A stretch of 64,000 nucleotides of DNA from Leptogorgia sarmentosa. Lineage: Eukaryota. Made by a program: the position numbers and the translations under genes. Below the pieces are notes generated by a model, which worked only from the letters and a program-made list of their open reading frames with translations, was not told where the DNA came from and did no database searches. The stretch lies in NCBI GenBank assembly GCA_964658305.1, contig OZ210885.1, forward strand, positions 24,924,001 through 24,988,000, in the 5' to 3' direction. Of the stretch, positions 38,888-51,786 are shown one piece after another. Every line of letters starts with the position of its first letter. The stretch's first letter is position 1.

Positions 38888-40123
38888 CTAATTACCACGA
38901 GCAAATCGTGTTAGTTTTTCAAATAAGACACCAGCATCGCGGATGGATGATGGATGTTGTAGGGAATTGTTTTCCATGACATACTGAAAGTATTCTTCAA
39001 AAATTGAGTTCTCTTCGCTCTCTCCATCTTCCAATCTGTCCTCCATCTCTGCTATCTTTTCTGCTGAAACTGTATGCAAGCATTCATTGTGTCCAAACTC
39101 CTCAGGTAGGAAATACATCATGTCAGGAACACCTGAAATTGTGGCATGTTTTGACTTTCTAATGCGGTGTGAGTTCCAATAGTCTTTTACCTTGTCAAGA
39201 TCGGCCTGTAATAAATCTGCAAAGGAAAACCACAATGCTTCTCTATGAATGTCACTTGTGAGATCAAGTATATCAGACTCATGGAGATCATGAAAGAAAT
39301 CGATCCACCAACTCGAGCGTTGCTTTCGGAAGTGTGACCACTGGCATTCGATTCTCTGATTACGGGTGCTCGAGACATACTTGTGCGACTTTGAGCCTGC
39401 ATATTCATCGATTCCTTCTGCACGAAAATAACATTGCATTCCTGCTATTAAACCATTCTCAGTCCCAGGATCAGTGTACACACGAGTTGGACAACCCCTT
39501 GCAGCTTTGACATGCTTTAAAAAATATTTGGCTACAGAGCGTGGATTTTTATTGGATCGTTGTACTTCAAGCCAGATAATTCTTCTGCTGAATCCATCAA
39601 CACATCCGTGTATTGAAAAGCCGAAAAGCTTCAACTTATCATACCCATCGATATGCCAGCAGAAATTTGGGCCTGGCGAAACATAGGTCCTACGCTTCAG
39701 GCATCTACGTTTTCTCTCCTCCACGCCTTGGGGATCCACTTCTCTTAATATTGTCTCCACCACATGCCGCGGAACATTAATATGGTGTCTGATTCGTAAA
39801 ATGTGCCACATAGTCCTGTAACCATTCAGACTGTCGGGACCATTTCTAATCTCAAGTAAAATTAGGTCCCTTACCCGTCTTCTCAATTCGTCGTCCACTT
39901 CATGACGTCTTGACAATCCATAATCTTTCAGTCTTCGCTTGAGAGTTCTCTGATTAATCGTAATATTATGGTGTTTCTCTAGCATAAGAGTAATGTGCCT
40001 GTAAGTTAAACCCCGGTTAAAGTAATATTTAATCAATTCTTCCTCAGACCCATGTGGTAATTCACTATTTGTAGCAGTTTCGTTATCAGAATCCTCACTG
40101 AAACTTGACTCATCGGAGGCCAT
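38888..40123 (-). CDS. IS3EU-like DDE integrase-core transposase (411 aa, intact)
   Basis: N-terminal HTH (RTLKRRL); WHIDGYDKL..IHGCVDGFSR, TDPGTEN, STRNQRIE. Confidence 0.9.
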   Translation of the reverse strand: MASDESSFSEDSDNETATNSELPHGSEEELIKYYFNRGLTYRHITLMLEKHHNITINQRTLKRRLKDYGLSRRHEVDDELRRRVRDLILLEIRNGPDSLNGYRTMWHILRIRHHINVPRHVVETILREVDPQGVEERKRRCLKRRTYVSPGPNFCWHIDGYDKLKLFGFSIHGCVDGFSRRIIWLEVQRSNKNPRSVAKYFLKHVKAARGCPTRVYTDPGTENGLIAGMQCYFRAEGIDEYAGSKSHKYVSSTRNQRIECQWSHFRKQRSSWWIDFFHDLHESDILDLTSDIHREALWFSFADLLQADLDKVKDYWNSHRIRKSKHATISGVPDMMYFLPEEFGHNECLHTVSAEKIAEMEDRLEDGESEENSIFEEYFQYVMENNSLQHPSSIRDAGVLFEKLTRFARGN

Positions 40124-40190
40124 ATTGTTTTTTAAATATTACACGCAATCTCGTCCCCTAATTAAAGGTTGCGCGCGCACGGTTTTAAAC

Positions 40191-40388
40191 TTTTGTTTGC
40201 AGTGTGCTTTTTATTTTGTTTGCAGTGTGCTTTTTATTTTGTTTGCAGTGTGCTTTTTATTTTGTTTGCAGTGTGCTTTTTATTTTGTTTGCAGTGTGCT
40301 TTTTATTTTGTTTGCAGCGTGCTTTTTATTTTGTTTGCAGTGTGCTTTTTATTTTGTTTGCAGTGTGCTTTTTATTTTGTTTGCAGCA
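40191..40388. repeat. 23-bp tandem array (~9 copies) in the right TIR
   Basis: Reverse complement of the left array. Confidence 0.95.
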
Positions 40389-40726
40389 TGACTTTGTATT
40401 CTGTTGGCAGAGTGTCGTTGGAAAATGTAACTCAATATATGTTTGCAGTTTGATGTTTTGTTTGCAATGAATTGGTTGTGTTATTTGCACGAATTCAATT
40501 TTATCGCAGTGGTTTAATTATTGATTGTGTTGTCCCTTCTGGGCCACCGTATACGGAAGACCACATGTATTCACACATTGAATAGTGTTAATCCTATATT
40601 TGTTCATGGATTCAATGCGACAATTGACAAAGGGATTACTTAAAGTAAATTGACTGGTCACATTCATAGCGATGAGTGACAGTTTTTGTAAATGAGAATG
40701 CATTAGTTCGATATAATCCATGTAGG

Positions 40727-43700
40727 CCAGGTTGGAAAACTTGCACTCGCTCGCAGTTACACAACAATTTAATGCCAAATCTCGCGCCTTAAATTTGCTT
40801 TGCTCGCATCTATCATCCGCCGGCTGATACGCCTGACGTTCTTCGTTTCGCATAATTGCAGCACTACGTAAGAACGAAATACCATATTAGTGAATACTGA
40901 ACACAACTTTTTTATTAATACCAAATAATTAATGTACAAAATCTGATCCTAAAGAAGATAAGGATATTTAGGCGGCATGTTCTTGATTCTATGAATAACC
41001 TTTGACTGGTTATTTCTTCTAAAATAGTTTCTGATTGACCTTGGGTCACGAAGCATAGGTGAGTTATGGCTGTCCAAATATTTTCGAGCAATTCCTTCAA
41101 CCAGATTGTCTGTATTGTTACCAATTTGAGGAAGTAACCAATCTAGTTTTGTTCTTAGCTCCAAGATCTTATTGGACTGATGGCATCGCTGTCGTTGTGT
41201 ATCCATAATAGCATAGAAACTTTCGGCTACTGCTTCACTGCCACCCGAGGCCATTGCGATGTCTAGAGACAACATGAACTCCGGTCCAAGTTTAGTATAG
41301 ATGCATTCCACTGTGTATAATATTTCAATAAGCTTTGATTCATCTAATACAGCTTTAATTTTCTTTCCGTTAAGAAGAGTCAAGATGAAAGTTTGGCGTA
41401 TTCCATTCGACTGATCTCTTTCCAGTGAAACAAAGTGTTCTGAGAGATATTTTCCAGAAGATTGCATGCATGCTACGCCATACTCTTTAAGACTGCCCCA
41501 AAACATATCGCAAAGGCACTCTTTAAAACGATGATACAAGGCATCTGAACAGCTTGCATCTAGGTAATGCAATTCATCTTTCTTTTTCTGTACGCGTGGA
41601 AGCGATATTATATATCTAAACCATACTTCGAAATCCTTTCTTCCCATCGCAAGATAGCTGCTTTTGTCTTTAACACAACCGATTGCATTCTGGTTGTCGG
41701 AGTCAGAGCACCTAGTTCCTTCAAGAGCAATCAACAGCTTCTCAAAGTCAAAGCATTTAGCCAGAAGTTTCGAAACTTCTGCTGTACCATTGTTTAATCT
41801 GTTTTCTGACGAAGCTTTTAAATCCACAGCAAACTTTCTCAATTCTTCCATCGACTCGTCTAATGATCTTTCAATCCAGGTATACATTGGTTCGTCATTA
41901 TAATCAGGATGCACCATCCTATCGTTGCTCAGTAAATGCCATCCCTCGAAAAGCTGAACCTCCTGAAACAAATAGTTCTTAAGGTCTTGCAGATGCTTCT
42001 CGTAGCGCGGTGTACCGGTTGGATTCTCTACTATTGCTTCCATCCAGGAAAGCATTCGTTGACCCCAGAATACAATTTTCCCATGAAGAAAGTCCACACT
42101 TTGTGACAATACCATCAACTCACATAACGGTGCCGTGATGTCTAACAAGCCAAGCAGATCCACGACAAAATCTTGTCCGAACATCCTGTACTGCAAAGGG
42201 AAATCTTCATCTGCATTTGAATGGGTAGCTTGAAATGATTTTCTTAAGACTGGGAATGATTTTTCAATTGATTTCCATTGGCCAACGGCAGAGCTTAAGA
42301 AACGTTGAGCGGCAAACGGAACAATAACACTTGCCCGTTTTGAACTGTTTTTTTGCACTCAGGTCAAGTTGTGCAAAGCCTTTCCCTCTTCCCATCATGT
42401 GATTAAACTTATTCGCTCTCTTGATGAATTTGGTAAAGAATTCTTGACTTTCGCCAAACTTTCCTTCTTTTATGTCAGTTGCTGCCAGATTTAACAAATG
42501 GGTGGTATCCCAAATTACTGCTTGGCAAAACTGCAATTCTTCCGGAATTCTATGCCTTCCTGTCTCTTCCTGTATGGTAAAACCAAACTCGTGGGCTTGA
42601 TATGGACCGTCAGCAGACGTTCCACAGTATCTGGTAAGATCCTCTTCATTAAGGTTCAGTTTCAACTTAATCGTGTTCAAGAAGTTAGTGGCAAGTTCTG
42701 GGGCATTTCCACCGCTAACATCAGGAAATTCTTCCTCTTCCTCTGACTCATTTTCATCTTCGGAGTTAGATGATTCTTCACCTTCGTCATGATTCCTCGT
42801 GTAAACAAGTGGCGCACCAACGGGATAGGCTCGGCGTTTTCCATTATACATGAAGACAATATATGATGCTTGGCTAGTTCGTCGGTTCACTGTTCCTTTA
42901 TCCAGCACGCCAAAGAAATGCGGACGCACTTGAGTGCACTTGAGCTCCGTCTTTAGAACATTCGTTGTTTTTTCGTCAACAAAATCCTCTGCAGCAACAA
43001 GCATAGCAAGCACTTGTTTTCGGCTGTGTTGCCGCTGCCCAACGTCAACACCACAGTCGTCTAAAAATGCAACAAGAGTTTCATAGTGTGCCGCTTTAAG
43101 CTTAAGGTCTGTCACCATGCACTTAACTAAGTTCTTTGTTGCTTCAAGTGCTTTTCTATTACATTCCTTCTCTCTTTCAGATTCTTTTATAGCAAGATAA
43201 TGATGTTTTCCTTTAGCAGTTGTCGAGGTACCCAATAAATGCGCTCTCAAGACTGATTTCAGTGATCTCCAAGACGAATTTCCACCTTTAAGGTACTGTT
43301 CTGTCCTCTCCTTGTCATTCCATATTCCTGTCACTGGATCCCCATGGTTGAATGGGTTTTTCTTACGAGCTATTTGATATGGAGACACATTTTTTATGTT
43401 TTCTTTGCCTATAGCAGCTTTGAAACATACTTCACAACGTATCACGCTCTCAGACATAACTTCGTCGTAGAAAAACTCTAAACAGGGCACTTGGGCTACT
43501 AGTTCAGTTATATTTCTGATTTTCCGCCACTCGTCAAGATTATTAGCAATTTGCTGTTTGTCCAAAAGTTCATTTGGTTTCTCTTCATCTAAGGTGTCGC
43601 CTATTTTCATCTCTTTCATTAATTTAACTACCTCCACTGCAATATCTGTTGCTGATGGCATTTCAGGAACAGTGTTCACTCTGTTGCTTTGATTTGACAA

Positions 43701-45413
43701 GTTAACAGAACTGTTGTCAACTTCGATTGCTTTATGTTCGTTTATAGCATCAACCTCTGGATTTAAAAAGTTATTGATATTAATTTGGCTTTTACTGTTG
43801 GGTCTCGCTTCTGAATTCAACTCAAGCTCAGATGAAACTGTATCTGCTACATTGTTAATGGGGTCTTGACAACTATGCAGAGTGCTTCCTTCCTGGGTAT
43901 TGCAGGTACTTGATCCTAAAGAATCTTGTGTAAACGTAAAGATGCCCTGTAGTTCCTCTGGATGTTCACTTTCTCCTACATCTTTCTCTACACTATTAAG
44001 TCGAGCTCGTTTTGGAGATGATCCACCAGTGCCTAAATTGGTTGATGGCCCCTTTTTAGGTTTCCTTCCCAATTCTTCTCTTGCAAGCAAATCACGTCCT
44101 TCATTAGATGCCTTCAAAACAGTTGTTATAGTCACTTCTAAATGCTGCTTTGATTTCCTATGCCGCTCAATGTCTGATGGCATTCCATTTGAAATGGTAT
44201 AATATTTTCGATTATTCAAGAGACACTCTTTGCACAACAACTGTTTGGCGTTTCCACTTTTTTTCGATTCTGAGTTAGATGATGTTATATTTTTCTTTCC
44301 TTTCAACCACCATGGTACTGAAAATCCAAATTAATATATTAAGACATACACTCTTGACTAATTGGGGGACCAATGGACCATGAAATATTTATTAGACAAG
44401 AAATAAATACTAAACCTGTTGAAGGAATTTCAGTATCTTCTCCATTGGCAGACATTACAGTAGCTTACATTTCCATGCTCTTTATTCTATTGTAAAAAAA
44501 TTCAGTAAACAGTGTTACACATGATGTTAACTATTATATCTACGGACTACGGTATACTTTCAGTCTTTCACAACATAAAATGGCATGTTTGCATTTCAAT
44601 TTCCAAGACAAATCTACATTTATATATTATAGACTGAATTTATAGATTGCATTTATAAATTATAATATTATAACTTTTTTAATTGACAATATTAACATGC
44701 AGTGTTAGTATATGGTATTCCTTTTCTGGTGACTGGTGGGCTAAATAATTAGACTTATTTAAACCTGCAGTACAAGTACCAATAGGAATAGCTATAGCTT
44801 ATTGATTTGTATGTTTATAGAAATATGAATATTTATGCCTATATTTTATATATGAATTATGATTTAGTAAACAAAGCAAAATTCAATCCATGTCTCACAG
44901 AATGTACTAAGTAAATTGTACATTTATATATGACAATATTGTGAAGAAAATAAAAACAAATTATTGGCATGATACCTTTCAGTTTCATCAGTTCAATCGC
45001 AAATCGTTGTCGCAAGCTAAACTCGTAAAATCGTAAAGCATGGGATCGGAGAGTCCATGTGACCATAGTGTAATACTTCATCTATGCTCCATTGTTTTGT
45101 CTCAACAATTCCGTTATTTATAATTGTTAAAAATCGCCATATTAAACCAAAATCTACATCAATACATAATGCTCTCAGTAGGAAATTCTTCAGATTTCTA
45201 CCGACTTCTACTTTCAAGGCATTAACAATGACCTAGTGAGTTATAATGGTTTGATCAGTAATCAGTTGAGCCATGTTGCCTTTAAAAGTCACTCGCTGTT
45301 GTCGCTGACTCGCGGCTCGCTTGTGACGACAAGATTACTCGCAGGTCGCACCTAATCAGTTTTATACTCTCGCAGCTACGCGTAGCGGATTTGATACAAG
45401 TTTTCCAACCTGG
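40727..45413 (-). mobile_element. hAT-type DNA transposon with a divergent transposase
   Basis: 17-bp TIR CCAGGTTGGAAAACTTG; 8-bp TSD CATGTAGG at 40719-40726 and 45414-45421. Confidence 0.92.
40949..44455 (-). pseudogene. hAT-like transposase (~1140 aa; exons 44455-44416 and 44317-40949) with one frameshift at an A-run near 42350
   Basis: PWWLK, CKEC..H...H BED-like finger, LDKGT, ADGPY, WDTTH, QRFLS, SEAVAES; two overlapping ORFs in different frames. Confidence 0.8.
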
Positions 45414-45788
45414 CATGTAGGAAGCGCTAAATTAGCATGCAAAAAGTTCACGCTAGTTAGTATGCAAAAGTAACTGGTATGCAAAAAGTAAATAGTATGC
45501 AAGACGTTAATTGATTCAGACAGCGGTTAGTGCAATTAGTGAGGGAATTCTTATAGGCAGAGTAGCGTGTCGCGACATGTATTCAAGACACATATGCATG
45601 TTATAAAAGTGAACTTGTATACGCATATAAAAAAGGTATAATTTTCAGTAAAAGAGTGTGTGTGTGTGACTAAAAAGGACGTGTGACAGTAGAATAAATG
45701 TCAAATATATATCGTATTATGATACAGAGGCGCACATATGTTGTCACAATCAGTAACCTTGACCCGAACACAGGGCTAGGACCCTCTT

Positions 45789-46061
45789 TGTGCTTTTGTG
45801 GAATATTCCACAAAAGCACAACTTGTGCTTTTGTGGAACTTGTGCTTTTGTGGACTTGTGCTTTTGTGGACTCAGGCCATTTAGGACCATGTGCTTTTGT
45901 GGACTTTATTTGTGCTTTTGTGGACTTTATTTGTGCTTTTGTGGACTTGAAATTTATGACCATGTGCTTTTGTAGACTTTATTTGTGCTTTTGTGGACTT
46001 GAAATTTAGGACCTTGTGCTTTTGTGGACGAATGCTTAATTCTGATTGGCTTTTGTGGACT
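45789..46061. repeat. Cluster of about a dozen TGTGCTTTTGTGGA(C) motifs
   Basis: Directly visible; further copies at ~55458 and, inverted, at ~55625. Confidence 0.9.
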
Positions 46062-46687
46062 TGCTTTTGAATCTGATTGGTTAAGAGCTGCGGACAGCTT
46101 AACTCTGCAGGATTAAGGCGGGGTTTCACCAAACTTGGCACACATGGCCGCAGACCAGTGGTTGACATTTGACAATGGTGCGGTTCACATATCTCAGGAT
46201 GGTTTTGACCAATCGGGCTAATAATTGGTCAGTTGTTACATTGTCCGAGGCACTATTGTGCAACATAGCCAATTTGGCAATTTGAAAATTGATGTTGTCG
46301 GATGGACTTAAGACCATGTGGATACAACTCCCCATGGTCCCTAGATCATGATGGGCTTGGTTTTGAGACCACGCCCTGACCACGCCCACTAAAAATGATC
46401 AGCTTGGCCCAAAACATATTTTGAAATCATTAAAAAATGGGCGTGGTCGATATTTTTTTCAGGTGACCACGCCCATCAAAGTTGTTTAGAATTGTCCGAA
46501 ACGTATTTTGGAAAATAAAAAAATTTTTTAGGGCGTGGCAAAATTGACCACGCCCAAAAAATTTTTAAAAGTTGTTTAGTTGTTTACGAGGAACATTTTT
46601 GCAATATATTTGTTTAAGGAAAAATAGGTACTTCGTGGTGAAAACGCGTAGAAATTATATAGAAATTCATATTAGATTTCAAAATCC

Positions 46688-48637
46688 AATATGGCCGCCA
46701 ACATTTCCATTAATTTATTAATAACTTGTGAAAACAACCCCTTTATACAATTAACGATATATCAAATTGAAGCCCGTAATACGGGACGTGTAATGATATT
46801 TGAACCACCGTCTAGCACCGTTTCGTTGCAAAGTTATAAGCAAAATTGTAAGATAATTATCGAAATTCATAAATCCAATATGGCCGCCAACATTTTTCAT
46901 TAATTTGTTAATAACTCATGAATAGAACATGCTTATACAACGAACGATATATCAAATTGAAGCCCGTAAAACGACGATTGTAATGATATTTGAACCACTG
47001 TCTAGTAATGTTTCGTTGCAAAGTTATAAGCGAAAATGTAATATAATACATAAGACAAGAGCATTTATGGCGCATCCGCATTCATCGCCATGTTTGTCAA
47101 GACGTTTCACCATGATGCACGCATTGTTTCTTGAGTATATATATTGTAAACATACTCACCGTCATCATATAAACATGGCCTACATGTTTGATGTCTCATA
47201 TGTTGGGCGTGGTCTCGGTTCACCAATGTTAAACATCATGGTGTGTGGCCACGCCCAGTTTGCGGTAAAAAAATTGTTTTTCTTAACATTCTGTTGTTCA
47301 GCGTCTGGGCATCTATAAAATGTTCACTACGTATCTGTAGCCTCTAAAACCACAGAGATATCGCATGGTAAAGTAGGTCAAATTACCATTTACGACCATG
47401 TTTAACGTCGCGTAGCCACCTTAATATAACTTTATAAGTTACAGCAAGCACCCAGAATCCTTACCTAATACATGTACTTTCACGTGGCAAAGCATGAAGT
47501 GTATTCACGTAAAGGTAAAAGAGATATTGCATGAACAGTTTTATAGAAATTCATATTAGATTTCAAAATCCAATATGGCTGCCAACATTTTTTATTAATT
47601 TGTTAATAACTCATGAATAGAACATGTTTATACAACAAACGATATATCAAATTGAAGCCCGTAATATGGGGCGTGTAATGATATTTGAACCACCGTCTAG
47701 CACCGTTTCGTTGCAAAGTTATAAGCAAAATTGTAAGATAATTATAGAAATTCATAAATCCAATATGGCCACCAACATTTTTCATTAATTTGTTAATAAC
47801 TCATGAATAGAACATGTTTATACAACGAACGACATATCAAATTAAAGCGCGTAACACAACGATTTTAATGATATTTGAACCACTGTCTAATAATGTTTCG
47901 TTACAAAGTTATAAACAAAATTGTAATATAATATATAAGACAAGAGCATTTATGGCGCATGCGCATTCAAGGCCATGTTTGTCAAGACGTTTCACCATGA
48001 TATACTCATTGTTTCTTGAGTATATATATTGTAAACATATTCGACATCATCATATAAACATGACCTATCTGTTGGATGTCTCATATGATTGGGCGTGGTC
48101 TCGGTTCACCAATGTAAACATTATGGTATGTGACCACGCCCCGTTTGGAGTACATAATTTCTGTTTTCGCACATTCCGTTACTCTGTATCTGGGCATCGA
48201 GCAAATGTTCACTGGGTTTCTGTAGCTTTGAAAACCTCAGAGATATTGCATGGTAAAATAGGTCAAATTACCATTTATGACCATGTTCAACATCACATAG
48301 CCACCTTAATATAATTTTATAAGTTACAGCAACCACCCAGAATCCGTCTCTAGTACATGTACTTTAATGTGTCAAAGAATGAATAGCATACATAGAAACC
48401 TACAGGAGATATGGGATGAAAAGTTGAAAAAAAAATACCAACATGCACCATTAAAATTTTACTAACTCTTCTGCATTAATTTCTCAAACTTTTCTTCCCA
48501 GTTCTCTTGTAGGTTACCATGTATGCTATTCATTCTTTGACACATTAAAGTACATGTACTAGAGACGGATTCTGGGTGGTTGCGGTAACTTACAAAATTA
48601 TATTAAGGTGGCTATGTGACGTTCAACATGGTCATAA
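46688..48637. repeat. Left arm of a ~1.95-kb inverted repeat (two ~890-bp tandem units plus a terminal hairpin)
   Basis: Reverse complement of 51787-53735; recurring AATATGGCCGCCAACATTT and GACCACGCCC. Confidence 0.88.
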
Positions 48638-48709
48638 TCAAATTTTGCACCATATTGTTGCGAATAATATATATCTATAAAACATATATATATATATTGT
48701 AAAGAACTT

Positions 48710-51449
48710 GTAAAGACTCGGTGTCCCAGGTATTTATTTTCCTGCCGCCACTGTATACCCAGGAAGCCGCTTTCTTCAGTGACGGCAGTTCTTGTACTTT
48801 CTTGGTTTCAAGGTAGTCATGTGCCTCCTGTGGCACAGCGCCCGCCAGCTTCGGATTCTGCAGACACTCTTTTTCCACGAGAGCAATTTCGGGCACCAAA
48901 CCTTTGCTCAAAACAACGCCAAAGACTTGTAGCAGCTGTTTTTTCTGCTGGACGCTCAATATCGGGTGGTCAGGTAGCTAAATAAAAAAAGAATTATGAA
49001 CAACGATATCTTTTGTGGGAGAAAACAATTTCCCAAAACTTTTTTATATCAGGTAGTTACCTTTCTTGTGCCGTTGCCTTCCTCCTCCTCGCTACCATCA
49101 TCATCATGATGAGAGCCTTCACGTGGTTGATCGATATCTGTCGTGTGTTCAGGTAGCTAAATAAAAAAAGAATTATGAACAACGATATCTTTTGTGGGAG
49201 AAAACAATTTCCCAAAACTTTTTTATATCAGGTAGTTACCTTTCTTGTGTCTTTGCCACCAGTGACAGTTTTTATAAATGTCGCCATGTGGAGGTCTTCT
49301 TTTTCAGTGTTGGCGACGTTATAAAATTGGTCAGCAGTACTGACCGCATGCGTCATCTGTTTGGCAAGCTGTTCGTTTGACACTGTTCACGACTCTCCTA
49401 GTTTTTGCTGGCCACTGATTATGGCTTTTCTTAGGCCAGCCCCGTGGATGTCGACGCCCATCCTTTTGCCGATGGTATTAATTCTTAATTCGGCTTACCC
49501 TGGACTCGTTGAGCACGTTTCCATTGCAGTTGATAAAAAACAGCGGCTCCGAAGGCAAGCCAGACTTCGCTTCCGAGACGGACTCGGCATTTGCGAACAA
49601 TGGTCGCATATGGGCCTTGTAGATGTCCCCCATTCGTTTCAGCTCGGCGTCCCAAAACAGCTTAGCTGGACCTTTAGATGTAGCAGTCTTGTGGTGGTGC
49701 GTCTGCGTCACAAACAAGTCGCCCGTCATCTGGCCGCGCTCATATTCCGCGACCGTCAGGTTTGCTAGGGCCCCACATCGCTGCCCACTTGCCATCAGTA
49801 GCCGTAGCATGAGAAAATCTCTCATTTCAGAGAATTCGCCCACTGACACCAGACGGTCGGGGTCCTCCAATTCTGTGAATAGTTCCCGAACGTCCTGGCT
49901 GGTTTTAGTTGCCAACATCCGGGAAAAATCTTCGGTACCAAGAAGACGCTCTTGGGCGTGGCTTTTACCTCCGCCCGACGCCGCGTCACCGCCATCGTTA
50001 ATGAACCTGGCCAGAAATCGAGGCGTGATAGAGCCGCCCGCACAAGCTCGAGATCACGATCGGTCAGCTTGTAGATCCGCATAATGGTCTCCACACGGCT
50101 TTGGACAAATTTTAAAAAGAGCCTGTATGACACGATGTAGGTCTTGAGGGTCTGCGCCTTCCTTGGTCTTTGGAGAAGATCGTTCCCTCGGAAGAAGTTG
50201 TTCCGAATCTTATCCAGGGACTCGTCGGCCCAGAGCAGACGGACATTTTTGCCGCTCGAATCAATCTCGTAGAGAAGGCGACAGACCCTCCTTGCGTGTT
50301 CCTTGGCGTCAGATTTCTTGCGATTTTTACCTTCGAACGAGGTTAGGTGCCGGTGGAAGAGTTGGAAGAGGGGATGTTGGGAAATGCCCGTTATTTTCTC
50401 GGGCAGTGGGTCGTCTTTTGGGGCCCTTGGTTCTCGTGACATCTTTTCGAGTTCTCTTTAGACGTCCCCCTCCCCCTCGTGACTGCCGTGCTCTGACGGT
50501 GACGATGGTGACGACGGCCTGGGAGAGGCGGGAGTTCTGCTCGACTCGACGGCAATTCCACGTCGTTTACGTCTTCTTTCGTCGTTTGCCATCTGAGTGA
50601 ATCTACGATAACAAAACATATGTGGTCAATTAATTGCTGCATAAGTACTGTTATTATTATTATATGTATGTAATATAAACATACTAACCGCCTGAAGTCC
50701 GGGTTTTCCGGGTCCATTTTGTGGACGCGTTTGAGATGGTTGTCCAATCTCAACTGCCATTTCTGGCAGTCTTCGATTGGACACTTCACCTTGATCTTTC
50801 CCGCTTCCATCGGTTTGAATCCCGAACTCACTTTGACGGCCTCTTTGTTCGTTTTGCCGTGCACGCGTCTTAGGTGCTTTGTCATATACGCCACCTCGGC
50901 GTCGCAAAGTTGGCATTGACGCCTCTTCCTCTCGTACTAAAATAAAATAAACACCTTTTAATATATAACTCGAAAAATATATATCTAATATATATAATAT
51001 ATTATATAGAATATATATATCTATATATATAAAATATAACACGGCACGAACCTTCCCTTTCCTATTCCCCGCATCTTCAACCTCTTCCTCTGAGGGGGAA
51101 GATGGTTCTTGCCGTGGTGCAGCTGGTGCAGTTGGTGCAGTTGGTGCAGTTGGTGCAGCTGATGCGGCTCGTTTCTTAGCCTTCTTTCGCGGAGATGGGG
51201 CCATAATGTCAATACCGTGGAAAATCTCGAGATCTTCCTGGGCTAAAGTTTTATTATCAAAGAGATAATTTAAATTAATATAACTTTATAAATACATAAC
51301 AGTTGGAAATACGTTATTATAATTCACAAAGATATATATACCTTTCACTTCCGAAAACTCTGCTGGAGTAGGCTCGTACTCCGACTCACTGGACAGCTCC
51401 GAATCGCTGCTTGAAAATAGCATTGGTGTCTGCTTGGAAGAAGACATTC
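48710..51449 (-). pseudogene. Spliced tyrosine recombinase gene with two N-terminal C2H2-like fingers; frameshifts and in-frame stops
   Basis: Manual translation: SGQRCGAL (R), HHKT (K), GLRKAII (R), LAKQMTH..TADQFY (H, Y); CQLC..HLRRVH and CPIEDC..HLKRVH; frameshifts ~49960 and ~49480; TGA ~49388. Confidence 0.85.
48969..49250. repeat. Two identical ~100-bp intron-containing segments, 180 bp apart
   Basis: TCAGGTAGCTAAATAAAAAAAGAATTATG...GTAGTTACCTTTCTTGTG at 48969 and 49149. Confidence 0.85.
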
Positions 51450-51786
51450 TAAATAAAATATAAATTTGAATGTTCATGAATAATGTTAATGGATGAAAAA
51501 CGATTCAGAATCACAGAATTTTTTCTTGAGTATATATATATTGTGAAAATGTTTCCGGCAACCATATAAACATTATCAAAATGATTCTGGTCTCATATGA
51601 CTGGGCGTGGTCGCGATTCACCAATGTAAACATTATGGTATGTGACCGCGCCCCGTTTGGAGTACATAATTTCTGTTTTCACACATTCTGTTACTCTGTA
51701 TCTGGGCATCGAGAAAATGTTCACTGGGTTTCTGTAGCTTTGAAAACCACAGAGATATTGTATGGTAAAGTAGGTCAAATTACCAT

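Larger units (their letters stand above)
34649..40551 (-). mobile_element. IS3EU-like DNA transposon carrying HECT E3 ligase cargo
   Basis: TIR TACGGTGGCCCAGAAGGG... (~160 bp unique plus 23-bp array); 6-bp TSD TACGGA at 34643-34648 and 40552-40557. Confidence 0.9.

Noticed and set aside
45653..45668. AGAGTGTGTG as the Polinton terminus
   Set aside because: ATTAG(C/T)ATGC repeats continue leftward across the insertions to 31827, which fits a terminus better.
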